DNA of 63,579 bases, filler included, from Phoronis australis (GCA_002633005.1; 5 parts of 5 records of this genome joined end to end with filler, not necessarily neighbours in it); one strand, 5' to 3'. Shown: positions 11,471-24,039, numbered from the whole stretch's first letter. Numbers and translations are program-made. Notes: generated by a model from the letters alone, not told the origin.

Positions 11471-13984
11471 TTAATTATTTTTAAGTTTCATGTTTCTTTA
11501 GAACATCTGCATAGCAGCCGTAGAAGCCGTCGACGTATTTTGCGGAATCTAATAGCCATTTTTAGGACACAACTAAACACCCCCAAAAGCAAACCGCTTA
11601 CACCGCATTCGTGGGCGCAGTTCAAAGCACTGCGTTGCTCTTGTATATATTGGCATCATTCATTTTGTACGCCTAATGTTAATATTGGTAACTCTCAACC
11701 ACGACCACGACGTGTTTGAGGAAATTAAATAATAGTTTACTTCTTGAAAAAGACTACATGGTTGAGATGGGAGAAATTATTCCTACTCAGTACATGACGG
11801 AGAACAAAGAGGATGAAAAGATGTCTTGGTATTTTTTAAAGACGAAAATTTGACACAAGTCAACACAAATTTAAAAACGCGTATGTTCTAGAAATAGACA
11901 ATAGAAACAGTTATTAAAAAAACGAATAATTAACTACACAAGTCGAAACAGAATCAAATAGTGACCTGTTGCAATGTGAATTAAATAAATGCAAAACCCC
12001 AGAAGGCCCAGATATTCAAAAATTTTCTTAAAAATTTTTTTGAGTTCAATAATACTTGAAGATAGATCACTAGATGATGAGAAAAGCGTTAAAAGAAATT
12101 TTGCACTCAATGACCTCGTTTTATACAATGTTGCAATTTTGCAACAGTGGGAGCTGATGGTAGCAAATGTCCTATATTTAGCTAGACATTTGTTTGTGAA
12201 AATCACTACAAAACAACATCAGATGGAACACTTTATTTATGACAATTACCCTAATTATCAGCAAAAACTAAGTTTGGTGTATTAGTAAACATTTTGTTTG
12301 GTGNNNNNNNNNNNNNNNNNNNNNNNNNNNNNNNNNNNNNNNNNNNNNNNNNNNNNNNNNNNNNNNNNNNNNNNNNNNNNNNNNNNNNNNNNNNNNNNNN
12401 NNNNNNNNNNNNNNNNNNNNNNNNNNNNNNNNNNNNNNNNNNNNNNNNNNNNNNNNNNNNNNNNNNNNNNNNNNNNNNNNNNNNNNNNNNNNNNNNNNNN
12501 NNNNNNNNNNNNNNNNNNNNNNNNNNNNNNNNNNNNNNNNNNNNNNNNNNNNNNNNNNNNNNNNNNNNNNNNNNNNNNNNNNNNNNNNNNNNNNNNNNNN
12601 NNNNNNNNNNNNNNNNNNNNNNNNNNNNNNNNNNNNNNNNNNNNNNNNNNNNNNNNNNNNNNNNNNNNNNNNNNNNNNNNNNNNNNNNNNNNNNNNNNNN
12701 NNNNNNNNNNNNNNNNNNNNNNNNNNNNNNNNNNNNNNNNNNNNNNNNNNNNNNNNNNNNNNNNNNNNNNNNNNNNNNNNNNNNNNNNNNNNNNNNNNNN
12801 NNNNNNNNNNNNNNNNNNNNNNNNNNNNNNNNNNNNNNNNNNNNNNNNNNNNNNNNNNNNNNNNNNNNNNNNNNNNNNNNNNNNNNNNNNNNNNNNNNNN
12901 NNNNNNNNNNNNNNNNNNNNNNNNNNNNNNNNNNNNNNNNNNNNNNNNNNNNNNNNNNNNNNNNNNNNNNNNNNNNNNNNNNNNNNNNNNNNNNNNNNNN
13001 NNNNNNNNNNNNNNNNNNNNNNNNNNNNNNNNNNNNNNNNNNNNNNNNNNNNNNNNNNNNNNNNNNNNNNNNNNNNNNNNNNNNNNNNNNNNNNNNNNNN
13101 NNNNNNNNNNNNNNNNNNNNNNNNNNNNCTAAGTCAAACTTACATACAAGTCGATGGAAAGCAGCATAAAAACTAACACAGTCGTTGAGTTTCTTCTGAC
13201 ACACAAAGTTTATTAACTCTAGCTACAATATATATAGTGAATAGAAATTTGTGTGGGTTGTGACTGCAAAACAAAAACAATGTTGAAATATCCGGTGATC
13301 TCATTTACATCATAAACATGAATGAAGTCTGGACAGCTGCTTGCTGTATACACTTTCACTATGAGTGGACATTGGTTCTGACATAGTAAACAAAAACACA
13401 AGGATGTCCTGGAATAGTTATATAACAGGAATTGTTTTGCTGGGAAAGTTGTACGTCAGAGGAAATGATTAAACTTGCACTTAATTTACTACACCAAAAT
13501 TCAAGGCATTTAACTGGGCATGAACCCAGCATAGTGTCAGACAGAAGACTAAACACAAGTCTGTTGTCATGGTGATGACAGAGCCCGGTGTTGCAATTAT
13601 GCAACATGGCTTTTCATGACTAAGGCACTTAGAAAACAAAACATTATTTAACATAAAGTTCATACCATCAAATAATATAATCTTTAATGGTTCGAATACA
13701 TTACATTGAAAAATTAAATTTACCTGGACTGTGTAGTGAATGAATTTGCCTTTTGTCCATATGACAGCTTGCAACATGGCGGCAGACATCTTGAATTTCT
13801 AATTCAAATAGTTTGTTCATTTGTCAAGAGAGGTCCCTCACACTGTAGCATTACTGCAACAATGGGCCTTGGAGGGTACACAATCAATAATATGAGCACA
13901 GAATAATTGGGGGGTTAACTATAGATTATCAAAAGTGGTGTTGCAATATTACAACAAGGGGCCTTCCAGGGTTTTAAACCTAGA

Positions 13985-15105
13985 AATTTTGCAAACCCAA
14001 GTAATAAAAGGTATGATTGTTAGAAGTAAAACTCAGTGGGTGGAAGAAGGTAATAAAAATTCTGAATATTCTTTGAATCTTGAAAAAGCCAAGGTTAAAA
14101 CATAACAGAACTGGAATCAAATGGCGGATTGACCCAAGAACCAAAAGAGATACAAAACATTCCGTGATAAATTTATTCTGCCTAGTGATAAAGTACTGAG
14201 AGATGACCTTTCCGTATTATTAGAACAAGAGGTCTCAAAGGACGAGCGCTTTGAAGTTTTAATACAATCCCAAAACAATAAAACATCGAGCAATGGTGGT
14301 TTACGATACGAATTTTACAAATATGAGTTTTAAAAAATTGAAACACAACAAAATTAACAAGTAAGGAAAGAATTGTCGTTACTAAAACTGTTGATTGTTG
14401 TCATATCTGTCCTTGCATGACAAGTAATTTGTGTAATCAGATCGAAAAAAATTAATGATTTTATTTGGGCAGGAAAACCGATTCATAGGCTTCAAAAACA
14501 TTTGCTTAGACTACAATAAAGAAAGATATTTTGTTACAGAAGTATCGCAAAAAACGAGAAGACTAGGAAAATTTGTTGCAGCATTACTCTAAACAAAATA
14601 TCAAAAATAAAAATCATTCCTTGCCTGTTGCACTTGCTACCGATCCATGCATTAATTCTTCTGAGTACATGTTGTTGCATAATCAGGTGTATGTTTACTC
14701 TTTGTTATATAAGATGACGATTGTTAACTCAGATGTATGTCCCTAATGCATTTTAGAAAACCGAACACATGATTTTCGATTTAATTCTCCCCGTAGATTA
14801 GTTATGTTATCACTGTCGCCCAATATTTTATTTTCTTACGTAACCAGCAGGGTTACGTCCAGATTAGAATGCCTTTAAGTTATTCATGTTGTGTGTGTAT
14901 ATGTGTGTGTGTGCGTGTGCGTGTGTGTGTGTGTTTGAGGGTGTGTTTGTAATTGCATCAACTATGACTGTTTTCAATTTTTTCTATGATTATTCATTTG
15001 TGCAATATTTACTTGTTGCCCAATTGTCAATTCGATTTCTGAGCAGTGAATGTTAGCTACAATATTTACCTGTACCCGTAAAATAAAATTTGAGATATGA
15101 AAAGT
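13985..15105 (+). mobile_element. Heavily decayed, internally deleted L1/Tx1 element with 3' UTR
   Basis: Translates to KGMIVRSKTQWVEEGNKNSEY..NLEK near 14008-14090, FIWAGK near 14460 and a CP.C...EHM zinc-knuckle remnant near 14735-14775, followed by (TG)n and AATAAA. Confidence 0.75.
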
Positions 15106-15238
15106 ATACGTATCTCTCACGCTAAGCGGTATTGTGAGACCAATTTAACGGGAATAAAAGGCCCAGTTAGATTTTCATTCTTTGAGCAGAAAAACAAGTA
15201 AAAGTGCTGGTCTATGTAAGCATATAATTATATTTCAG

Positions 15239-15510
15239 ATGAAATACAGAACGAAGACTGTAGCGAACAATCTTTCAGTGGTACTTCGAACACTTCTAAG
15301 AATGCGACTAATCAAAGTGTCTTTTGTCGGGTATAGCAGGGAACGTCCAGGTTGGAAACGAGAACATAATGAATATTGGACAACACAAAGAAGACATAAG
15401 ATGTGTTATTGCCGAGCATGAACAAAAGGGAGGTTCAATCCTAAAGGGACCATCTGGTCAGGAACAGGGTGTGTCATCAGATGGGAGCTCCGAAAGCAAA
15501 ATCAAAGAAG
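15239..15510 (+). CDS. Phase 1-1 exon encoding a RHIM-like motif (SGIAGNVQVGNENIMNI), with a 1-nt frameshift in a T-run at 15322-15325
   Basis: Acceptor tatttcag and donor AAG|gtaatg. The exon is 272 nt; adding one T gives 273 nt, fully open: DEIQNEDCSEQSFSGTSNTSKNATNQSVFLSGIAGNVQVGNENIMNIGQHKEDIRC...KIKE. Confidence 0.6.
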
Positions 15511-15708
15511 GTAATGATACAGTCTCATTATTTAAACATAGTACTCGTAAATTAATGTTACTTTTGTCTCCTCTCAAACTTTCAAGACATACACATTCTT
15601 TAAAAGACCAATTTTGTCATCATATACAATTGTAATAGCAGTCTTATCAAACAGTTCATGTGACACTGGCAGCCGCTTAGTCCTTCGGTTTTATATTGCA
15701 AGGCAGTA

Positions 15709-16170
15709 CCCTTACAAAAATGAACTTAAGTTTTCATCGAAAAACTTACGTTTTTGGTCTGAAAAACTTAATTTTTCATTCCCGAAAACTTAAGTTTTTG
15801 GCGAAAACTTAAGTATTTTGGAACAAGTTTTTTGGAACGAACTTAAGTTTTCATAACTTAAGTTCTGAAAACTTAAGTTTTTCAAAAACTTAAGTTCTGA
15901 AAACTTAAGTTTTTCAAAAACTTAAGTTTTCTGAAAACTTAAGTTTTGAAAACTTAAATTCGTTCCAAAAAACTTGTTCCAAATACTTAAGTTTTTGGAA
16001 AACTTAAGTTTCAGAAACTTAAGTTTTTGAAAAACTTAAGTTTTGGAACAAGTTTTAGTAACAAACATAAGTCATCAAAACTTAGGTTTTTGAAAACTAA
16101 GTTTTCCAAACATAAGTTTTCAAGGAACTAACTTTTGAAAACTGAAGTTTTCTAAAAGAAATAAGTTTCA
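15709..16170. repeat. Array of the palindromic unit AAAACTTAAGTTTT, likely subterminal repeats of a DNA transposon starting CCCTTACAAAAATG
   Basis: Roughly 20 or more aacttaagtt-like units, with internal inverted blocks at about 15806-15850 and 15952-15995. Confidence 0.8.
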
Positions 16171-17050
16171 ATAGGACAGACAATCAAAAATTTCGACTTT
16201 CACTAAAACAAGAGTGGAGTACAGTAACAAATTTAATGATTCTCATCAAGATTTAACAAACTAGAGTTCTATTAACATTTCATTAACAGTGATTAATTGC
16301 AGAAAATAAAATGCACTTCCTAAAATACACTAGTTCCTTAAAATAAGTGAACAAAAGTGAAATATCAAAATCTTAACAACCAAAAACATTTCAAAAATCA
16401 GTTCATCAAGTGTCATGCATACAATGCAGTGAAAACTAAATGAAGCTAATAATATATTCATTATTTGCATCGTTCTCAGTCTATGACACTTATGCGATAA
16501 CTGAGGGAGCAAAATGGAATGTACAAACAGAGAAATCACTACCAAATCATGAAACAAAACCAAAGAAAATGTGATTACATAGCCAGGAAGGACTACAACA
16601 AAAGTCTACGTTTCAACAGCAGACTTTTTCAACTAAAATTACAGCAATGACACCAAGAATAACAAATCACTTAATATGCAAAATCCAAGAATATCCGCAG
16701 AGGCAAAAGCATAACATAAAACGTAACAGGTAACTAAAAGTTTATAGACAATGGCCACGGGTCTGATTTTGGGAAGTACAATCCTTATGCTAGAAATAGT
16801 GCCTAGAAATGACTAGAATCACCTATATATGTTTGCAACCTTAAAAATATCAATTTAAAAGTCAAAGTTTCGTTTTGTTGACAATCATAATAACAGTAAA
16901 TCCAATACACTCCATGGTGCAAACAAGTTTCACTAAAATTAACCCTAAGTACAACCTGGTTATACGAGATGGAAATTAGAAAACTTAGACCTTTGACCAC
17001 AAAAATATTCTTTTGCCTGTAATTTAAAGCTACTGAACTTCATACACATA

Positions 17051-17538
17051 TAGGGCCTTTCATACTGACATAGACGCGTCGACGTTTTTGGGAGTTAATG
17101 TCAGTTTGAACGCTTAAACTTTGGTCCTGGAAGGAAGTTAACTTCGCACTAAACAGGTGGATTTAATTGCTCAGCGTCAATGCTGCCACGCAGTATAAAC
17201 AATCAACTTCAGTCCTATCGAAGTTATTGCCAGGGGCCACTGTTATCATTAACAAATTCACAGTAGTGTGATGGCTAATAGTTGCTTATACCTTGCTATA
17301 ATAATCACCAATCAATTTAAAAATACGTTTTATGTCAATTAACACATGTAAATGTTCCCAAGTTGTCACATCTTAGCGTGCAGTGCTACCTTGCGATACC
17401 TTCGATCACGACAGCGTCACCTACTGTTTACTTTGAAGTTCATTAACTACGGAAGCCAGAATGAACGGTCCAGTTAACTTCGCAGTGTACGCCGATGCTC
17501 CGCTCAGACAAGAGTTAAGTCAATGTGAAAGGGCCCTA
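17051..17538. mobile_element. PIF/Harbinger-like MITE
   Basis: Terminal inverted repeats tagggcctttcatactgac / gtcaatgtgaaagggcccta; a diverged relative lies at 24529-24943. Confidence 0.7.
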
Positions 17539-18170
17539 TGGTAGACCACAAGACACTTAATCTTCTTTAGCTGGATCTGCTCGCTTAGCTTCACAGGCAA
17601 ATAATCCATGTTTTGTGACGACAAGCGCGCATTTCTGAGCTCAGATAACTGAATTCATAGGTTCATGAGCTGCAGTTCGTAAGTGCGTACGTTGCGTTGT
17701 CTGGGTAGCCTTCCTTATCCAACGATTGTTGAAGGCACACTCTGCAATAAAGGCAAAAAAAATTAATAACAGATGGGTAAAAGCTATTAGTATAAGACAA
17801 CTTAACTTGCTGGAAATTTATCGTGCTGTTTATACAACGATGATTTGTAAAACTTCCTGACTTATATACAGAGCCTAGAAAATAGTCTTCAAACTCAAAA
17901 TTTAACCAATCACTCTCCAGGATTCAAGTGCAAGACTAGTCTGCACGTTTACTTCAAGCATGCACTGCAGTGGGTCAGTTTTCCGCATAGTGTTTTGAAT
18001 GAAGTTTTAATCCTGGATTCGCGACATTCAAAACAATTTTATTCTATACAACTTGAATACAAAACATGCACATGGTCACCTATCATGCTATCACAATCTA
18101 GAACAAACCGTGCATATGACAAAACTTAATGTGTTAATAAAAGTTGGACTTCAGGGCAGTTCAGGCTAAC

Positions 18171-18270
18171 NNNNNNNNNNNNNNNNNNNNNNNNNNNNNN
18201 NNNNNNNNNNNNNNTTAATTAATTAANNNNNNNNNNNNNNNNNNNNNNNNNNNNNNNNNNNNNNNNNNNN
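18171..18270. other. Artificial assembly spacer N44-TTAATTAATTAA-N44
   Basis: The identical 100-bp construct occurs 4 times; the core gives stop codons in all six frames. Confidence 0.95.
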
Positions 18271-19827
18271 TAACAGTCTGAACCTGTCCAATAGGGTGTT
18301 TTGCTTGGCTGGTGTGATTAACTAAGGATACCGCAAAACCTCCTTGGATTTCAGAAAACCGTGATTAAAATGTTTAACATACTACAGCTGTCATAAATGT
18401 GTCCGGTGCTCCTGCCCTCCGAGAAATAGGCAGGATACCCAGGTTTCCATGCCCGCTCGCAGCTCGAGGCCTGCCCAGACTTTTTGCCACCCACGGTCAT
18501 GCTTCTTCACTGCCAGACTGACCAGCCTGGCCCCCGCACATCAGGCGGAAGGAGTGGCGGAACCGTGGAATATGCTTCCGGAAGACAGGAATAACTTCCG
18601 CGAGAGAAACCTTTTGTGCGTGGGTATGGAGATCTGGGTACCTTGTACTGTAGAATCATGTACAGCGGAAGTGTATAGCTTGCTACATTTCACAAGATTT
18701 TTTATACTCGAAGGTCCTGCATATAGGCTCGTGTGCCTAAGCTTAACTATTAGACGTAGCCCAAAAGCATGTTTACAATTGCCGTCGTTGTGGTGAACAT
18801 TTCCGTAGAGCAAAATTAAATATCGATTCATAATGTTAAACTTATATCCATGCACTTCCAGAATTGCTGATTGTTCTTGTTGTTGAGCTTAAACATTCCA
18901 CTGTCACAACTTATATTGTGACAACTTGGACCGTTGTGACAATTTGAGCCAGAAGCCCTGACCCAAATTGTCACAATTTTCGAAGATGTGACAAGTCGTG
19001 GCGAGTTTTGCCTGCACAGTGCACTCCTTACGAGTGTAAGTGCAAGCGCCACTGTACCTGTATCTAACATGCTTTAATCTAGGCGGTAAACCAACCCTTT
19101 AGCTGTTGATTATTGACTAATATGAGTCCGCATGTCCATGATATAACAGGCTCCCGGTGAATAGTAACTCCATGGCAACCCAACTAGGTTATTTTGTGAA
19201 CAGGCGTATAATACTTTAATGCGAATACCTTGCAACCGTCGTTGTGCAATGCATACTCGAATCCCAAAGTTACCAACAGAAGCACCCCAACGGTGGTATC
19301 CACATCAAAATGTAGTATACAGCAGGTAAAAGTGTGTGAACATCCGCAATGAGGACACAAGGAACGCGTCTAGCGTCATCTTTTGACGAGTCATTTCTGA
19401 CATGTGACGAGTCATCTCTGACACCCTGACACGTCAATGACGCGGTCGGCCAGTTGTCGAACAAGCGTCGACGTTCTTAAGAGAACCAATACGTGTTCAG
19501 GTTAGAATGACAGTGTATTGGTTTACGAAGTTCTCAGCGTTTTCATTATTTTTACTGTCCAGCCTATTTTCACGACTTAGAAGTCGAATTTCAATCAAAA
19601 CTTGCTCAATTGTTTCGTGTCATCCCACTTCCGAAAATTTCTAACATGGCGAGTCGCAGGCAGGTTATGATCGTTTCAAATAACATGAGTGTGCATGCAA
19701 TTTTGCCCCTTAGTGGTGAACGTGAAATGAGAGGGTTAGTGGTCATTTTGCTGGTCATGTTGGTTCAGTTGACGCGTAAATTGAATGACATCGAAGCATA
19801 CGTCATCACCAGACTACAACGTTTTAA

Positions 19828-20994
19828 AGGCGAAAGCAACATTTTCTCATGTCATTTTTAGCAAAAATAAGGTTCGTTCATTATACCAGACATATTTTTC
19901 ACTTAATTACGGTATTTTGTAATTTAATTAATTACTCGTCCTGTACTCGGGAAGTGATGTCTTAGGAAGCAAGAATTTCGCGCCAATTTCTTTTCATATA
20001 GTCTGTCTGAGAGCTGTCATTGTTCTACCTCGGTTAGGAAAAGTTCTGGTCGTCGTTTGCTTTTGTTTACGAGTCAGTCAACATGCCATACTGTTGCTGC
20101 GTACCGAGATGTACTTATTACCGTCTCATGCGCGCTTTTGCAGTACCTTTGCGTCGCTTTCCGAAGGATGACACACTTCGCCGTGCATGGCTCGTTCGTG
20201 TGAAGAAGGCAGCGTTACCCGTCCACATAACGTAAAGAGTACGTGGCAAGCATTTTCGGTCGTTAGAGTACGAGTGAGATATAAACGCTGAATTGTTGAA
20301 GGTCCCTGCGAAACTACGCCTGAAGAAGGGTGCCATACCGTCGCTGTTGATTTCCTGCAGTACCTCAACGCCACCCCCGAGAAGTGCGTTTTTGAATCGA
20401 GAAGCTTCGCGAGCTGTTGCCACTGCAGTAACTGGAGGCATTTCATCTACTGTCGCCCGTGCCTCCGAACTTACCCCACAGCGTGCAATTCCGGGAACTA
20501 GCAGTGATTCGCCGCGTTTGTCCTCGGTCTCTGCCTCATTTCTCTCAAAAGCTGCCTGTGTCTGTGCGTACTCTGCCTCATTACACTCGGGCTCAAACAT
20601 GTACCCACCACTGACTGTCCGTGAAAAAATTAGTCGTCACCACTGCTATGAACAATGTCTTCGTCACTCACGTCGCTACTGTCACTGTGACATGGGTCAC
20701 CGACTCCAGCCATTTTTAGGTTTCTACAAACTAAACAATCCCTAAATTCAACGTAGTTGAGTTATCTAACAGCCTAGCTTGTCGTAGAATACTCGTCGAT
20801 AGGAAGTGGTGACGGCAATTATACAAAAAAAAAACACCACAAAAACAAAAGTAGTGCATATCCTCACAGTAAACTCAATGCACAACTATATTGGCGCGAA
20901 ATTCTTGCTTCCCAAAACGTCACTTCCAGATTGAAGGACGAGCAATAAATTAAAGCTGTAATTAAGTGAAAATAGGTCTTGGATAATCAACGAA
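19828..20994. mobile_element. Non-autonomous Kolobok-like DNA transposon with convergent THAP and acidic-YMFEP gene stubs
   Basis: Inverted repeats of about 110 bp at 19873-19987 and 20890-20994; candidate left end TTAA|AGG. Plus-strand THAP remnant from ATG 20083 (MPYCCCVPRC..FPKD..RRAWL..RVRGKHF..RLKKGAIPS, 2 stops). Minus-strand stub from ATG 20713 (MAGVGD..SDSSDVSDED..GGYMFEPEC). Confidence 0.7.
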
Positions 20995-21678
20995 AAAGGT
21001 TGTCAATCAGAATTAGTTCGGTAAGTGACAGTGCTTAGGAATTACAGTGTACTGTTGAGTCAACTCTGACGTGCATAATCGTATTAAAATGAGTCCAATT
21101 AACTCGTCACAAGGTGACGCAATGAGCGTTTCTCAAGGAAATAAGGATACACGTCGTCACAGCCGGCGACGATTGAAAGGTAATCACATATTTCAGTATG
21201 ATCGAATGCAATGTGTGTTCTCAGAAGTTCCGGTTGGCCTTCCATGATATTGGAACGCTACGCGAAGGATTGCCGCACGGCTTACGAATTTGTATATGAA
21301 AAATAGTCGGATCGGAGCAACCGCAAGGGGGCAAATTAGTAACTTTCGAAATAGCACCACCATATTGAAGGTCACTGACATGTCAGACGGCGATCAGGCT
21401 TTTCTTGGACCGGGGCTCAAAGTACGCAACTTGCAGTTCCCATATACACTGTAATACTGATGGGACATTTCAACTAACTGATGCAAACAGCGTTTAAACA
21501 CCTTTCCTGCAATTATAAAGGCGCCAAATGACCTCTGCTTCACAATGGGATATACCAATGCCTTGCGAAAAAGGTAAACCCTTTTAAATAACAATTGACG
21601 AGCAGGGACGTCCTGTTCCATGTAATTCCCACTGCGAAGGTGTATCCGAAACAAAGCCAGTGGCTACCGCTTACGTAA

Positions 21679-21805
21679 GCCCCGTTTCATGAAATCTCTT
21701 AAGACCAAAGTCCAGACTCAAGTTTGGTCTTAAGACATTTTGGTCTTAAGGTAGACCAATTTCAGTCTAAGTTAAGACAGCAAAAAGTTTCGTGAAATAG
21801 GCCCC
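21679..21805. mobile_element. Small Harbinger-like MITE
   Basis: TIRs gccccgtttcatgaaa / tttcgtgaaataggcccc, with internal cttaagacc/ggtcttaag repeats. Confidence 0.6.
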
Positions 21806-23124
21806 AGACACAATGACCAAACGGTGCCTTAACTCGTTTGGTTGTTCGACATTAGGAACAACGGGCTGAAAGCAAGAGATGGCATCTCAGATATTGAAAT
21901 AGAAATATAGACCTTTTTGACGACATCAGTGACTTGAGCTACAACTAAGAGGTCATAGTGGCTGACAGTTGGGCTCCGTTTCGTAACAGTTTAAGTCTCA
22001 TTGTTGGCATGACGTCAACGGTATTGTTCAACAAGGAGAAGAGGGGAAAGTTCTTATCAAAAACAACTGAGAAGAAAATACAGGGAATAATTTCAAAAGA
22101 GAGGTCTTCTATTATAAACTCTGTCATAGCGAACTTCACCATTAAACGTGTTAACCAATACCGGATACGTTTTTTACCATTTGCTACGTTTCTTGCCCTT
22201 TTTGCTCTACGTCGTTTCACTTAAATTCTGCCTATTTTATGTCCTCATTTTTGACAATACAATTTTCGTTTTGTCTTTTACTGCCAATTTCTTTTGTAGG
22301 AATACATATAAGAATTGCGTCATTTTACTAAAGATTCCTTTCGCCGTTCGTCACTCATTGGCTCACGCAAACTAACGAGTTTTACGAGATTACAGAATGT
22401 ATGTTTTAAATAACTAATGCATTTTGCAATTTGGACAATAAGTACTTCGACTCATTTTCGTGTCAGTTAAGTGGTTTCCTGTGTTTTTGTAAACGCAATG
22501 GTTCGAGCAAAAAATAGTTGATATGTTTGCCCAAGTTGTGAGTCAGTTAGGGAGTTGGTTTGCTGTATTGTGGAGTTACTCCAGTTAAGATTTGTAGCAT
22601 CTACAGAAATATGCCCAACGACTCTGTTGCAAGCATAGCATTTTGTACAGGAACTCGAGCGTTTGAAGGTTTACATAGAGTCAATCTGGAGAATTCACGG
22701 ATGTCTCCTCTTGAGGTACATACACATGTACTTGTCAGGATGCGTAGCCTTAACTCTTTTCCCAAAGTTTGCAAGACTCCGATTTTCCGTAGTCTGCCTG
22801 TGGCAGTTGCTCATTGCTAACGCTCAGTCAGTGTTCATGCAAAAGTACAAAGTCCAGTGACAAGTTTAGGACATCTTCATGTGGTAACCGCTCTTGCATG
22901 GGAATTTGTACTGAATAATTGAAATTTTTGCAGCTCGGTGAAAGTATGACGAATAGTTTGCAGAAGTCTTTTGAATCTCAAAATGGTATTATTCGTGTTA
23001 TTAAGTCAAGCAATGAGTGAAAATCGGGGACTTGCAACAAAAATATTCATTCTAAAAAAGTGAAAGTCTAAATGACCTTCAACACACAGAAATAAAAATT
23101 GACTCAGTGACAAGGTTGTGGCAC

Positions 23125-24039
23125 TTACTGGAAATCTCCAAGTAAAATTCGATCTGAAATAGGTTCCTTCTTTCTTGGCTTGAGTGGTTTGGTGCACCAA
23201 AACAGATTTTTGAATCTGCTCAGTTTCGTAGACGCGGAATTTGTACTATGACCAGGTGACGCAGATGAACGATGTGACCGCTCGAAACTCCCTATTGAGT
23301 AGGATATGGGCATCAGTTCTTGAATATTTACTAGCTGTGGAAGTTTTGAAGAGGGTGAAATTGATTTTGCAAATTCGGGTCTAACCTGTGCAACCTTCCT
23401 GGTCATATTTTGCTCAGGCCGCACATGATCCGACGGGGAGTGGGGCATTAGAATAACCCCTGGCTGAACATGCTCTTTTGAAGTAAAAGGCTTGCATGTA
23501 TCCTTGGTTTTATCAGTAGATTCTGTGTTAAATCTGGCATGAGACCGTCCAACGACTGCCTGCACGACAGCTGTCCCAAAGTCAACTATACGGCTAATTA
23601 TGGTTGACCTTTGTTTAACTTGAGGTCCCTCTTCCTTACGGGAAGACTCAGATACTGTGTACGGTGCAAGTTGTCTGAAAATGTCAAACATTTCATCCAG
23701 GTTAAGCTCTTGACTTCCAGATAAATCATCAAAGCGTTGTCCTTTGATCACTTGAATATCACATAAATCCTTTGCTCTTTGACGATTGGCGAATACGGTC
23801 CCACGATCTGCCTTGGCATCATCTGGAAATGCTCTGTGTGGTCTTTGTGCATTTACTCCGATATGTTGCAAGTTGACTGGAACACTATTAGACCTTGACA
23901 TTTTCGTAATTACCAAACACTTAAGATGTGGGGTAAGACTGGTAGGATGAGAACTAACAGCTCTAGGTATACACGCATTTTTAAAGGAGCTGCCAGCGTC
24001 ATTCTCCTCTCCATTTGCGTAATTCTTTTTCTTTTCCAT
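23125..24039 (-). CDS. Uncharacterised Ser/Pro/basic-rich protein of about 304 aa, single coding exon
   Basis: 948-nt stop-free frame. Acceptor ctttgcag precedes 24066, ATG at 24039, upstream donor gtgaga at 24359. No recognisable domain or transposase motif. Confidence 0.6.
   Translation of the reverse strand: MEKKKNYANGEENDAGSSFKNACIPRAVSSHPTSLTPHLKCLVITKMSRSNSVPVNLQHIGVNAQRPHRAFPDDAKADRGTVFANRQRAKDLCDIQVIKGQRFDDLSGSQELNLDEMFDIFRQLAPYTVSESSRKEEGPQVKQRSTIISRIVDFGTAVVQAVVGRSHARFNTESTDKTKDTCKPFTSKEHVQPGVILMPHSPSDHVRPEQNMTRKVAQVRPEFAKSISPSSKLPQLVNIQELMPISYSIGSFERSHRSSASPGHSTNSASTKLSRFKNLFWCTKPLKPRKKEPISDRILLGDFQ

Noticed and set aside
12251-13204. Long ORFs made of X (also 24880-25454, 54404-55166, 56424-57543)
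   Set aside because: Artefacts of translating N gaps.
15709-16170. CRISPR-like appearance of regularly spaced palindromic repeats
   Set aside because: Spacers are a few bases long and non-unique, there are no cas genes, and the context is eukaryotic.
17545-17731. Minus-strand exon-like segment with a BEN-domain-like ending (MNSVI/SELRNAR)
   Set aside because: Requires a frameshift and the similarity is too short to support.
20293-20745. 150-aa ORF and overlapping antisense ORFs as host genes
   Set aside because: Explained by the convergent stubs of the enclosing transposon.
21430-21572. Ig-like GIYQCLA motif before a gtaaac donor
   Set aside because: In-frame stops immediately upstream and no other Ig hallmark.
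21945-22860. Cluster of 65-90 aa ORFs
   Set aside because: No recognisable motifs or consistent splice structure; within chance expectation.
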